This document shows, in pieces, positions 40,301 through 53,147 of a DNA stretch of 64,000 nt. Each line of letters opens with the position of its first letter. The first letter of the stretch is position 1. Location: assembly GCF_006345805.1 (NCBI RefSeq), contig NC_043016.1:26102001-26166000 (forward strand). Direction: 5' to 3'. The notes beneath the pieces were generated by a model. It made no database searches, had not been told where the DNA came from, and saw only the letters and a program-made list of their open reading frames with translations. Position numbers and translations under genes: made by a program. This DNA is from Octopus sinensis. Lineage: Eukaryota.

Positions 40301-43300
40301 AATAAGTATATATATATATATAGAGAGAGAGATAAAGCGGTCTTCTGCATAATTTCCACTCTACCATATTCACTCTTTAAGTGTTTATAAACCTGCTATT
40401 ACTAGGCATTTAGGCGGAGGTTAAAGGACGTGGACTGCACATCCCTTTCAAGGTTTTCTTTCCTACATGGTTTTTTCCACATGGTTCCGGGTTCAGACCA
40501 CATGGCATGGTTTCTACTTCAAATTTACAAAAAAATTTTGTAAAATTGAAATTTTACAAACTTTTTTTTTCAGAGTCATAATCTCTGTATTCTTCTACGT
40601 ATTTTGCCAAAAAAATTTCTTAAAAAGTGAAAAATTGGTGTGTGTGCGTGTGGGGGAATTAAATTTTGAAATGCCGATTTTTTTTTTGCAGATTTGGAAT
40701 CTCCACAGTCCAAAAAGTGGGTTTCTGTAGGAAAAAACAAAACAAAAAATATAACTGAAATGGGGTGCTGTCCATGTCCTTTACACCTGCCAACATTTAA
40801 CTAAATACAAGATAGAGTAATTTGTATAAATAATGTGATTTTAACAGCACAGCCCATTATTGATGCATTCAGGGAATAATTTAGTGTTTTCTGTAATATG
40901 GAGCACATTTGTGGGTTTTGTAATATAATGCAGAATGTATATATATTTCAACTAACGTCAGCTCGAAGTATGGGGGTGGGGGCAGTTCACTACCTTCTGT
41001 TGCTGAGTGGAACTCACAAGGATTTCAGCAGCTTTTAGCTCAGTGTTGAACTTGCAGCAGTGCTAAATATCATACATGCTATCAATAAATGTCCCAGTTC
41101 TTTTGGCTCTTTCTGTAATGCACTTTTCTTTGTTTTTTATTTTTTTTCCTCCATGCAGCTACCACTCCAAACTGAGAGTTACTGTAATCACTCCAACCAT
41201 GCAGAAGCTAATTGTTTTAGTGCATGTTGGGTTTGTGTTCTTTGCTCTCAGCTTTAGTCTTTTTCCCCACATACCTTTGCCATGTCCATCATCATCATCG
41301 TTTAACGTCCGCTTTCCATGCTAGAATGGGTTGGACGATTTTGACTGAGGGCTGGCAAACCAGATGGCTGCACCAGGCTCCAATCTTCATTTGGCAGAGT
41401 TTCTACAGCTGGATGCCCTTCCTAACGCCAACCACTCCAAGAGTGTAGTGGGTGCTTAATCATATTTCTCCTACCCTCCTTATCAAATGTTTGAAATGCT
41501 TACACTGGTAGGACCATTGTATGGTCTCAAATTTGGATAAGATTATATATTGAAGACAAATTCTGACGTTTTTTTGAGTGAATAAACTTCATACGCATCA
41601 TCATCATCATCGTTTAACGTCCACTCTCCATGGGTTGTACAATTTGACTGAGGTCTGGCGAACCAGACTCCAATCTGATCTGGCAGAGTTTCTACAGCTG
41701 GATGCCCTTCTTAACGCCAACCGCTCCAAGAGTGTAGTGGGTGCTTTTATGTGCCACCGGCACAAGGGCCAGTCAGGTGGTACTGGCAACAGCCACGTTC
41801 AAATAGTGCTTTTTATGTGCCACCTGCACAGGAGCCAGTCCAGCGGCACTGGCAACGACCTTGCTCGAATGTTTTTTTTTTCACGTGCCACCAGCACAAG
41901 TGCTAGTAAGGTAACATGGGTAATGATCACACTCGTATGGTGTTTTTAACATGCCATCGGCACAGAGGCCAGCTTGTTGCTCTGGCAACGATCTCACTCT
42001 TATGGTACTCTTAGTGCTTCACTAGTATGGATGTCAGTCATCGAATTTGCTTTCGACTCTTATAAAATACATAGAATAACAACCAACATGAATGCTTTGT
42101 GATATTTAGTTAATGTATTTAGTAACAGCTACTGTATGAATTTCTAGTTTAAATCCTACCGATGCCCTTTTTGCAGTTGATTATCAAGTACCACTAGTGT
42201 TTTAACATCGTATTAAAGCATCATAAATATGAATGAAATGATGCTAAATTTATGATTTTTACTTTTAGGCACAAGCATCTAGTTTCCTAGCTAAGAAGGG
42301 AGTGTCTATGTGATCATTCCATCTATTAAAAATAACATGTTTGGCTATGGAGAAATATTACCTTACTTGGAAAGAGGTGAAGAAATCTACTCACAAGGCT
42401 TTGGTTGGCCTAGGGTTATAATAGAAGGCACTTACCAAAGGTACCAAGCAGTGGAACTGAACCCAAGACCATATGGTTAGGAAGCAAGCTGATTTACTAC
42501 ACACACAGCCATGTGTGTGGCTCGCTCAAAGTATCTCTACAAAACAGTAAACTCTTCCAATAACCATTTAATTGTCTCTCTTTCTCTGTTGATGCCACCT
42601 TCTCTCTCCACAGCCATCATCCTTGGTTTATAAAACCTCCAACACTGAGATTAGCAGAGAGGTCAAATTGTTTGCTACACTCAACTGAATATTCTTTACT
42701 TAAGACGGCAATAGAAAGAAATTTAGCTCCTATTTTTTGTAGATCATAGGATTACCTAGATATTTAAACATGAAATACGAATCTCTTACATGTCTCACTG
42801 AACAAGACTCTGGCTTGGGGACCAAACAACTAATTGCAGTCCTGAGTGAGAAGGATTATAATCAAAAATATTCTAGCTAGGGCTAACTTCTTTTAAGTGT
42901 GAAGCGCTATCTAGAAATACATTATCCATTGTGTCTCCCCATTATCAAGACAGTTCAATGTGATTTGAGAAAACCCCACAACTAGACTTGTTCTTTGTGG
43001 AAGATTGGAAAAGAACTCTGTTTGCATGACGGAGATACCCATTTGCAATTATCAGATGTCAAGATAATGCATGCACACACACACACACAATGGGCTTCTT
43101 TCATTCTCTCCAAGACTGCTCTAATTCCATGATACAAACTTCCTGTTTTAAATTGATCTAAATTAAAACTGTCCATCAAAATTTCACTTTATGTTCCAAA
43201 CACTAGCTTAATAATGGCATAGTTTTTTTACTAAATTCTTCATTATTTTAAAAACTGAAATAAAGGCAGTATATTTCAACAGAAATATACTGCTTTTGTT

Positions 43301-43667
43301 ATATAGTTAATGGTTGGTGATCAAAATTAAAACCTTCCATCCAAATTCCATATAATTTTTTTCTAAACAAAACCTTAACAATGACAAAGTTATTCTACTA
43401 AATTCTTCATCGTTTTAAAAATTAAATAAAACAATGGCAGTGTTTGTTTCAACAGAGATATGGCAACAAAAAAAGTTAGTGTTTATAATCATCACAAAAA
43501 GAAAAAAAAAATTATGTTACCTAGAAATATTGGATTTTAATTATAGAAAAAAATCTCTTCATAGTTTTGGTTTGAACTTGTAATTAATTTTTGATATGAT
43601 GCCAAAACTTAATAAATGAGGATACTTCAAGTTTGCATGGATTATTGTATTCTATTAAAATTGAACA

Positions 43668-43966
43668 TTATTTACATTTGACGGATATTTGTCCTCATCT
43701 TGTTTGTTGTTAACACAACATTTCGGCTGATGTACTCTCCAGCCCTCATCAGGTGTCTTCGGGAAATTTCGAACTTGGGTTCTCATTCCTAAGGTACTTT
43801 TCAATGTTGTTATTATTATTGTTGTTCAGGTCACTGCCTGGGATCAAACTCAGAATCTTGGGGTTAGTAACCCACACTCTTAACCACCACGCCATATGTC
43901 CTCATCTTGTTTGTTGTGTTCACAACAAACAAGATGAGCCCAATATCTGCCAAATGTAAATAATGT
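43668..43966. mobile_element. Small PLE-like insertion with terminal inverted repeats
   Basis: cattatttacatttgacggatatttgtcctcatcttgtttgttgt is inverted at ~43922-43966; contains a hammerhead motif. Confidence 0.65.
43712..43757 (-). ncRNA. Minimal hammerhead ribozyme motif, one substitution in stem III
   Basis: GACAC-CUGAUGA-G-GGCUG(GAGAGUACAU)CAGCC-GAAA-UGUU-GUGUU; GAAAC>GAAAU is consistent with CpG decay. Confidence 0.6.
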
Positions 43967-44072
43967 TCATAATTCCTCATCTCTTAAATATAGAACTGCA
44001 CTAAAATTGAGTTTTTAAGTTTTTATAACTTCCAATATTTCTTATCAGAAATGTGTATTTTGAATTTTATAG

Positions 44073-44197
44073 ATGTTTATGACCAGCAAAATAATTCTAT
44101 GGTAATTCTGGACAGCATTCGAGAAGAGCTACGAAAAATTGTCCCTGTTAATGGTGTTATTCCTTCTGAAAGCATAATTCCTCCTGAAGTGGGTCCT
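44073..44197 (+). CDS. Methyltransferase-like gene, exon 2 ((D)VYDQQNNSMVILDSIREELRKIVPVNGVIPSESIIPPEVGP)
   Basis: ttttatag acceptor, gtaagt donor, phase 1/0. Confidence 0.85.
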
Positions 44198-45303
44198 GTA
44201 AGTGTTGTTGTTGTTATTACCGTTAAAGCAGTGAGCTGGCAAAATTGTTTGCATGCCAAGCAGAATGCTTGATACCATTTTGCCCCTCTTTACATTTTTA
44301 TTTCAAATTTCACTGAGGTCGACTTTGGGGGTGGGGTCGATAAAATAAGTAACAGTTTAGTGCTGGGGTTGGTATAGTCAACTAGACACACCCCATTTGC
44401 CCACATTTTAGGCATCGTTCTTAAAGAAGAAAGATTTTCTAAGGCTAGATGCCCTCCTGTTACCAGCCCTCACATGCTTCCATGCAAAGTAATATTTCCC
44501 CTTGGCCAGACATGTTTCCACAGAAGGTTAGACAAAGAACATTATTTGGGAATACAGTAGAGAGAGAAACGGCTTAATCCAAAGTGTTAAGAGGCTAAAG
44601 TATGATAGAGAGACAGAATCAAGTTTGTTGTTACAGGAGAGATATATGACTGCTCTGCATTATATAAAGGTAGGGGAAATTGGGATGGAACAGGAAAGAG
44701 GGATAAAAATAATGGTGACAAGGTGTCAGGGAATATTTTTAAGGTACAAGTAACATGAATAAAAGAGTGGGGGACAAAATCAGGAAGATGAAAATATAGA
44801 AGTGACTCAGGGTGGAGGAGGGAATACAGAAAGGGTGAAGAGCAGCAGATGCTGGTGTCACATAAGCAGCATCCACTAGGCTCTGGAGTGGTTGGCATTA
44901 GGAAGGGTATCCAGCAGGAGAAATCAAGCGAAAATGGAACCTGGTGTGGCCCTTGGCCTTCTCAGTTCCTGTTGAACCATCCAATTCATGCCAGCATGGA
45001 AAATGAATGTTAAATGTTGATGATGTTGGTAAGATAGTAAGTTGGGATGGATAAGTAAAGGTTATAAGAGTGGCTTGAGCAACGTAATGATGACAGAGAT
45101 AGATGAAGTATCAGTGGCATATTTGGTGGGGGTAGATGTTGATGGCAGGTATGAGGTAGTGTTAAGAATGGGGTGTGGCTGTGAAGAAGATGTAGTTTAG
45201 ATGACTGATGACACAGAAAGGGTGATCAGTGGGTGGGGGAAGTGGGAAAGAATGATTTTCAGAATAAGGGCTGGATGTCAAAAGGAAGTGTTTCAAAGGG
45301 GAG

Positions 45304-45378
45304 GGGTATATTAGCTTAATGGTACAGAGCACTCAACCAGTACCTGAGAGGTACAGATTTTGATTCTCTGTACCTGCC
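45304..45378 (+). pseudogene. Decayed tRNA-like sequence (anticodon position reads AGT, Thr-like)
   Basis: tagcttaatggtacagagc A-box-like; ctcaa-ccagtac-ctgag anticodon arm; T-arm acaga-ttttgattc-tctgt has a mutated B-box. Confidence 0.35.
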
Positions 45379-45532
45379 TGCTGACAACTTTTTTTTTTCT
45401 GTCTTCTACGGTAAATACCCAATCTTTCTTTGCTGTTTTCACAGCTATGCTGAATTTGAAATTTACTTTCTTAAGTGTAAACTACTAACATACTCGGTAC
45501 TTATAAAGTTTGTTGGTAAAATGTTCACACAC

Positions 45533-45564
<32 letters not shown>

Positions 45565-45837
45565 TATATATATATATATATAATATATATAGCAATATAA
45601 TAGCAATAAGAAAATGGAGGAGAACATTAGGTGGTTCATCAACTTTTAGACATTATATTATGTTAACTTATTTATTTACTAAACTGATAATTACAATAAT
45701 ATACATACATATAACATATTATTCTTTACATATAAGATATAAAATATAGTAATATATAAGGATACCAGTAATTATTATAAAAAGCATGAATATATATATA
45801 TATATAATTAATTGACTGTGTAATTATATTTATACAG

Positions 45838-45979
45838 AATGCTGATTGCACATCCCAGACAACAGCATATATAGATGCGTTTCTTTATGATGAAGAAGAT
45901 ATGAATTCTTTAGGAGAGGATGGAAAAATACATCTACATTACTGTAGTGATTGCTTCTCCAGGAATATTAAACCTTTAA
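45838..45979 (+). CDS. Methyltransferase-like gene, exon 3 (NADCTSQTTAYIDAFLYDEEDMNSLGEDGKIHLHYCSDCFSRNIKPL)
   Basis: tatacag acceptor, gtaagt donor, phase 0/1; DAFLYD and YCxxCxS motifs. Confidence 0.9.
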
Positions 45980-46069
45980 GTAAGTAATTTGTATATTTTT
46001 TTCATCATCTCAACATTTGTTATATTTTCTCTTGCTTTGATTGTTATCAATCTTATTATTATTAGGTTA

Positions 46070-47265
46070 AGGTGGTAAGCTGGCAGAGTCATTAGCACAC
46101 TGGATGAAGTGGTTAGTGGTATTTTGACCGTGGCTATGTTTTGAGTTCAAATTCTATTGAGGTCGACTTCACCTTTCATCTTTTCAGGACGGATAAATTA
46201 AGTACCAGTGAAACACTGGGGTTGACGTAATCAACTAGTTCCCTACCCCTAAATTTCAGGCCTTGTTCCTTTGTTAGAAAGGATCATTATTATTACTATT
46301 ATTATTAAGGTGGCGAGCTGGCAGAATCATTAGCATGCTGGATGAAATGCTTAGCAGTATTTCCTTTGCTGTTACCTTCTGAGTGGGAATTCCGCTGAGG
46401 TTGACTTTGCCTTTTATTATTTTGGGGTTGATTAAATAAGTACCAGTTATGCACTGGGGTTGTCATAATCAACTTAATCCCTTCCCCCAAATTTGAGGCC
46501 TTATGCTTCCAATAGAAAGGATTATTATTATTATTATTAAGGCAGTGAGCTGGTAGAATTGTTATCACACCAGACAAAATGCTTAGTGGTATTTTGCCTC
46601 TTGATACGTTCAGAGTTCAAATTTCACTGAGGTCAACTTTGACTTTCATTCTTTCAGGGCTGATAAATTAAGTACTAGTGAAACACTGGGGTTGATATAA
46701 TCAACTAGTCCCCTCCCCTCAAAATTTCAGGCCTTGTACCTTAGTAGAAAAGGTTATTATTATTAAGTTGCGAGTTGGCAGAATCCTTAGCACACCAGAC
46801 AAAATGTTTAGCAGCATTGTTATTCATCTTCTTGGTTTGAGTTCAAATTCTACTGTGGTTAACTTTTCATCTTTTTTTTTCAAGGTTGATAAAATAAGTA
46901 CCAGTTGAACACTGGGGACGATATAATCAACTAGTGCCCTTCCTCCACAAATTTCAGGCCTTGTGCCTTTAGTAGAAAGAATTATTATTGCTGTTGTTTT
47001 TGTGAACATTCTTATTAATCTTATTATTTCTTTTCTTTTTATTATCATTATTATTACTGTTGTTATTGTTGCTAGAGTTATTATTACTAGGCAGTGAGAT
47101 GGCAGAATTGTTAGCATGCTGGATGAAATGCTTAGCATCATTTCATGTCTTTGCATTCTGACTTCAAATTCTGCCGAAATTGACTTAACCTTTCATTCTT
47201 TTAGGGTTCGATAAAGTACCAGTTGAGCACTGAAGTCAATGTAATTCCCCCTCAAAATTTCAAAT
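46070..47265 (+). mobile_element. Head-to-tail cluster of five family-B SINEs separated by (TTA)n
   Basis: Heads at ~46070, 46307, 46540, 46764 and 47090. Confidence 0.85.
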
Positions 47266-48343
47266 CTTCTGCCTATATAGTATTATGATTATTCCCATTA
47301 AGTTGGATACTCTTGCCAATGTTCACCTTGTTATTAATATAGTTTTTTTTTTTACCAGAGTTATAATTATTAAAATTATGCAAGTTATAATGACTGAATT
47401 TGTTACAATTGATCATGTACTAAGTGTAGCTGAGCAAGATGGTTTAATTATGGACAAGATAAATATCAATTGATACTTATGTTGTGGGGAGAAACTTGGT
47501 TTAATAATGCTAAAGAATTGTTTCAGCAATTTCCATAACATTTAAGTAGAAGGAAGGTGTATGCCAGAAATGCTTTCATTTTATTGTACCTACATCAACT
47601 TAACCAATACATTGCCTCTGGCCAATTCTTATTTAGCAGGACCCTGTATCCCTGCACCTAATGCTAGAGTTTAGTTCATCCTGAACACCCATTGTATGTA
47701 CCTATTTTCTATATGTAAGACACAGACATAGCAGTATGGTTAAGAAGTTTACTTTTCAATCGCATAGTTTCAGTCCCATTGTGTGACATCTTAGCCAAAT
47801 GTCTTCAATCATAGCCCTGGCCCAACTAAAGCTTTGTGAGTGGATTTTTTATAATGAAAGAAACTCAACATATATCATATGTGTGTTAATACCCATAAGC
47901 AGCTGTTATCATTATTCAAGTTATGTCATTTTCCAGTCTTCCATGAAAACCTTGTCTGGCCAAGGGGAAATATTATATTGCCTTATTTGAAAACAGGTGA
48001 TGGTTAGCAACAGGAAGGGTATCCGGCTATAGAAAATCTGCCTCAATGTATCCCGTCTAACCCATCATTAGAAGTGAATGGAATAAAGAAATGTTAGTCT
48101 ATGTAGATCCGGCCATGTTTGGTGTTGTCTTCAACACTCAACATGGCCTCTTTGCCTGAAATATATAAAGTAAACTTTCCCTTTTCACATTTTAAGAAGC
48201 TTTCCATCTTCATTATTTTGTTATAAGACTTTATTTTTTTATTTGACTGGTAAAGCAAAGACTGAGTTCAAGGTTGTCCATTAAGTTGTACACCTTATGA
48301 AGGTTCAATATCACGCTTGGTTGAACACACACCTAATTTCCTA

Positions 48344-48720
48344 ATGGCCCAGTGGTTAGGGCAGCGGACTCGCGGTCATAGGATCGCGGTTTTGATTCCC
48401 AGACCCGGGCGTTGTGAGTGTTTATTGAGCGAAAACACCTAAAGCTCCACGAGGCTCCGGCAGGGGATGGTGGTGATCCCTGCTCTACTCTTTCACCACA
48501 ACTTTCTCTCACTCTTACTTCCTGTTTCTGTTGTACCTGTATTTCAAAGGGCCGGCCTTGTCACTCTCTGTGTCACGCTGAATATCCCCGAGAACTACGT
48601 TAAGGGTACACGTGTCTGTGGAATGCTCAGTCACTTACACGTTAATTTCACGAGCAGGCTGTTCTGTTGATTCGGATCAACCGGAACCCTCGTCGTCGTA
48701 ACCGACAGAGTGCTTCCATC
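48344..48720 (+). mobile_element. tRNA-derived SINE (head resembles tRNA-Arg)
   Basis: tggcccagtggttagggcagcggactcgcggtc...; the head continues into a SINE body instead of ending in a Pol III terminator. Confidence 0.7.
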
Positions 48721-48938
48721 CAATTTCCTACTTCACAGTTGTATATATAAGCTTAGACAGATTGATATATAAGCCTTTTAGTTGTAGAAAAAAAATTATT
48801 TTCTCCAACAAATAAGGCATTTCCATTATTGCAAGTAAGGGGGAAAATTTGATATAAAACAGCGGAAAGAAATTAAATCATTTTTACGTATTTTCACAAA
48901 ACATAATTCTCTTACTCTTTTTCTCTCTTTTTTTACTC

Positions 48939-49152
48939 TTTTTACTTGTTTCAGTCATTTGACTGCGGCCATGCTGGAGCACCGCCTTTATTCGAGCAAC
49001 TCGACCCCGGGACTTATTCTTTGTAAGCCCAGTACTTATTCTATCGGTCTCTTTTGCTGAACCGCTAAGTGACGGGGACGTAAACACACCAGCATCGGTT
49101 GTCAAGCAATGCTAGGGGAACAAACACAGACACACAAACATATTCACACACA

Positions 49153-49191
<39 letters not shown>

Positions 49192-49354
49192 GACAGGCTT
49201 CTTTCAGTTTCCGTCTACCAAATCCACTCACAAGGCATTGGTCGGCCTGGGGCTATAGCAGAAGACACTTGCCCAAGATGCCACGCAGTGGGACTGAACC
49301 CGGAACCATGTGGTTGGTTAGCAAGCTACTTACCAAACAGCCACTCCTGCGCCT
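48939..49354 (-). mobile_element. tRNA-derived SINE (family A), young copy ending ~60 nt upstream of exon 4
   Basis: Reverse complement of the 31562 and 52467 copies, with CpGs retained. Confidence 0.85.
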
Positions 49355-49412
49355 ATTTGCATATTTTTATATTAAATTTTTAATTGCATACTTTGTTTTA
49401 AATCCTGAATAG

Positions 49413-49534
49413 CTCTGGTGACTCACTCTGCATCAACAGCACAAATCAGATATATATTTGATTTCTTACTGCCTGACATTTCTGGTAAAAATCTTCTTGA
49501 CATTGGATCACGACTTGGTGCAATATTGTATGGC
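49413..49534 (+). CDS. Methyltransferase-like gene, exon 4 ((T)LVTHSASTAQIRYIFDFLLPDISGKNLLDIGSRLGAILYG)
   Basis: gaatag acceptor, gtaagt donor, phase 1/0; LLDIGSRLG is a SAM-binding motif I variant. Confidence 0.92.
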
Positions 49535-52033
49535 GTAAGTAAAAGTATAATTTAGAAACTTGAAGAGAACATGAAATAGTTTGTTTTCAACATTTGAACT
49601 CAAAGTAGATTGTGCTATAAATACTAGCATGTAAATATTGGGCTAAAAATCCCTCTGGATAGGAAAGTTGAAGGCTGCTTGTCCAATAGCAAGAATGTTT
49701 GTAATGTTTATAGATGTGGGTTCAGTGTCCCATTGGTAGCCTTCGACTTTTTCTATCCAAAGAAAATTTAACCCAATATTTATACACTATTATTTATAGC
49801 TTTATACAACTTCAAGTTCAACCGTTGAAAACAAACAAAAATGAAATTTTTGTGAAGGCATTTGCTTATTAAAAAAAATTGAAGTAAAATGTTCCTTTTT
49901 AATTGAATGATAAATTTAGTCATTCCTTTGAACTATAATTATAATTATCAAGATCATTATGTTTCTACCACTGCTACTTTATGGCTCAGATAACAAGCAA
50001 AATTGTCCCTCTGATAAATTTTCTTGGAAATAGTTCACCTCAACAAAATACATTGAAGTTACTCATGTGTAATCTCTCTTTCTGTCTTTCTTTCTCTTCC
50101 CTTTTCTCAGCCAAAAGTACTTCTTTTCTTCTAATGGTTTAAACCTTTTGTTACTATATTTGTGTTAAAATGCATTGCTTTTGTTTCAATTAATTTTGAA
50201 AATATTGAGGAATCTAGGAAATAACATTGTCATTATTAAGCTGGTGTCTGGAGCATAAATTAATACAAAAGTTTGTTGAAAGATTTTAGCCTTAGATTAC
50301 TTTTATAACAGAAAATTTGTGTCATAGAACCAAGGGTAGTGTCAGGCAACTTGGTATAAAAAGGGTTAAGTGGTCACTTTAGACATGGGATTGTGTAACT
50401 TTTAACACACTATGTGCATCATGTTACCATGCAAGTTTTCTCTCATCTCAGTGTGACACAATATGCTAGCGGTTACAGGGGTGAAAACTTGTATGGTGAC
50501 ACGATGCACCTAAGCATGCTAAAGGTTAAATAATAACAGAGCCATTGTGAAGTTGTTGACTATAGTTGGTATATAAGGCACAGACATGGTTGTGTGGTTG
50601 TGAAACTTGCCTTCAAACTATGTGGTTTTAGGTTCAGTGATGCTGCACAGTACATTGGGCAAGTGTCTCGTACTATAGCTCTGGACTGATCTAAGCCTTG
50701 TGGGAGAATGTAGTAGATGGAAACTGAAAGCTCATTGTATGTGTATTTGTGGTCACCTTCATGTTACACAATGGTTATGAATGGATATCACCATCATACA
50801 AATAATGTCATTTGCTTTCTGTCAGCTTGAAAATAAAACATGGCTGGTCATGGGGAAATATTACCCAACTTGGAAAAAAGTGGGTGTAGGGCAACGTAAA
50901 GAACATCTGGCTGTAGAAAATCCACCTCAACAAATTCTAACTGAAGCAAGTATGGTATAGCAAACATTGATTACAGTCATTGAACTAATTCAGTTTACAG
51001 AGAATACATCAAGCCTTGTGATGTATCAAGAGGCTGGAGTTTACTTGAGTTTCTTTATGCCAGTCATTGAAGTGGCCCTTTTCTTGGTATGGTCTAGAAT
51101 ATTTGAACATAGCAGCAGTATCATTTCATATGTGAAAGCAATATTCCCTTGTGGGCCCCACCTGATGTCTGTAGAGTGCCAATAATTGTTGGGGTCTGAT
51201 GTATCTTCTGAAATATGCAGAATTATAAATCTGTTCTCCAAGCTGAGCTAACCAGTAGGATACCTAGGGGTAGATCAAGAATGAGATAGTTAAACAATAT
51301 CCTTAGTCTCAGTTTGCCAAACTTGGAAATCCAGCTAGAAAGTCTGACAATTGCTTTTGATAGGACCCTATGGAAGAGGTACCTAGGGACTCTGACCTCA
51401 ACGACCTTCCCATGAATAGAAGATAGATAGATGGGATAAACCTATTCAGTATTATGAATGAACGAAGGTGTCGAGATGGCAGAATTGTTAGCATGCTGGG
51501 TAAAATACTTAGTTGCATTCCATTCGTCTTTACATTCTGAGTTCAAATTCTTCTGAGGTCAACTTTGCCTTTCATCCTTTGTGGGGGTCAATAAAATAAG
51601 TACCAGTTAGTTACTGGGATCGATCTTATTGACTTACCCACTTCCCCAAAAATTACTGGCCTTGTGCCAAAGTTTGAAACGAATATTATGAATAGGTTAC
51701 TATAGATTGAGTCAACTAGATTTGTTTGTGTCATAAAGTATTGGTGTCATACTATTTTGTGTAATCTTTAATGGCTGTGATAAAAGACAAGTGGAATTTT
51801 ATTGTTATAGTTAGTAAGTAGTTTTCCCATCAAAACAGTTTCTGGTTGTAGTTTGTGCTAGTTTCATTTTGAACTGATAGAATATAGATCTGATTTTTAG
51901 CTGCAAATATCAGATTTGTATTGGGGAGTATCATATCAAAGTAGACGATATCTGATTGTATACAGCAACCATATTGAACACTAAAGAAAGAAAATGGCTG
52001 CGTATTAATTTTTCTTTTTATATTTTCATACAG

Positions 52034-52141
52034 GCTTACCTTTTCACCAACGCAAATATTGAAGGTGTTGAAATAGACAAAACTCTGTGTCAGATACAAG
52101 AAAATATTATAAAGAAATATAAATTTGATGACCGAATTAAG
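52034..52141 (+). CDS. Methyltransferase-like gene, exon 5 (AYLFTNANIEGVEIDKTLCQIQENIIKKYKFDDRIK)
   Basis: tttcatacag acceptor, gtttgc donor, phase 0/0; GVEID is the acidic post-motif-I element. Confidence 0.92.
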
Positions 52142-52466
52142 GTTTGCATCTGTGTAATATTTTTTAAGCAGCAGCTCAAGTTGTAGTTATAATTTGTTCA
52201 GCCTCTCTTTCTGCCTGTCTCTCTGTCTCTGTTTGCTTTTCTCTCTGTCTCTCTCTTTCTCTCCATGTGTTGTTCCTGTCTTAGAGGAATTAGTGATAAT
52301 GAACTCCCACACCAAAGTGTGAAGATTCATGATTTTTCTTGGGAAAGATTCAGCACTGGTTTGCCATTGTCATTGTTTTCTGCTGATTTATTTGCAGTTT
52401 ACTATTCTAGTTTCCTATTCTCCCAAACTTACCCATGAGTACTTACAAAGCTTATGTACATATATA

Positions 52467-52845
52467 GGCATAGGAGTGGCTGTGTGGTAAGTAGCTTGCT
52501 TACCAACCACATGGTTCCGGGTTCAGTCCCACTGCGTGGCACCTTGGGCAAGTGTCTTCTACCATAGCCTCGGGCCAACCAAAACCTTGTGAGTGGATTT
52601 AGTAGACAGAAACTGAAAGAAGCCTGTTGTATATATGTATGTGTTTGTGTGTCTGTGTTTGTACCCCCAACTTTGCTTGACAACTGATGCTGGTGTGCTT
52701 ATGTCCCCATAACTTAGCAGTTCGGCAAAAGAGACCAATAGAATAAGTACTAGGCTTACAAAGAATAAGTTCCGGGGTCGATTTGCTCGACTAAAGGTGG
52801 TGCTCCAGTATGGCCACAGTCACATGACTAAAACCAGTAAAAGAG
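52467..52845 (+). mobile_element. tRNA-derived SINE (family A)
   Basis: ggcataggagtggctgtgtggtaag...ggttccgggttcagtccc head and family body. Confidence 0.8.
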
Positions 52846-53147
52846 TATATCAGTCTAAGTACACTTACAGTGTAACTACAATGCTAGTTTACAAATGCTG
52901 CCATTACACTGTCGGGAACATTTCTGTTTTTGCACATTGACCATTGTAATGAGTTTCATTATCTGAAACCTTGCTTTTTTGTTTCTTTGCTATATTTTTC
53001 TGTTCTTGTTACTGTACCTATCTCATTTTCCCTGTTTGTAATTGTCATTCATGTCTGCTTATTTCTACCCTAGCAGTGTCTGTTGTTGACACCAAATTGA
53101 AGAATATTATCATAGGTGTTGAAATTCCGACCCATCCATTCGTGTCT

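Noticed and set aside
47285-47473. Possible extra methyltransferase exon after ttttaccag
   Set aside because: Exons 3 and 4 already join in frame with continuous family-like sequence; no motif support.
48344-48415. tRNA-Arg-like cloverleaf (also ~3173 and ~24010)
   Set aside because: It continues into a SINE body with an imperfect acceptor stem and B-box, so it is not a tRNA gene.
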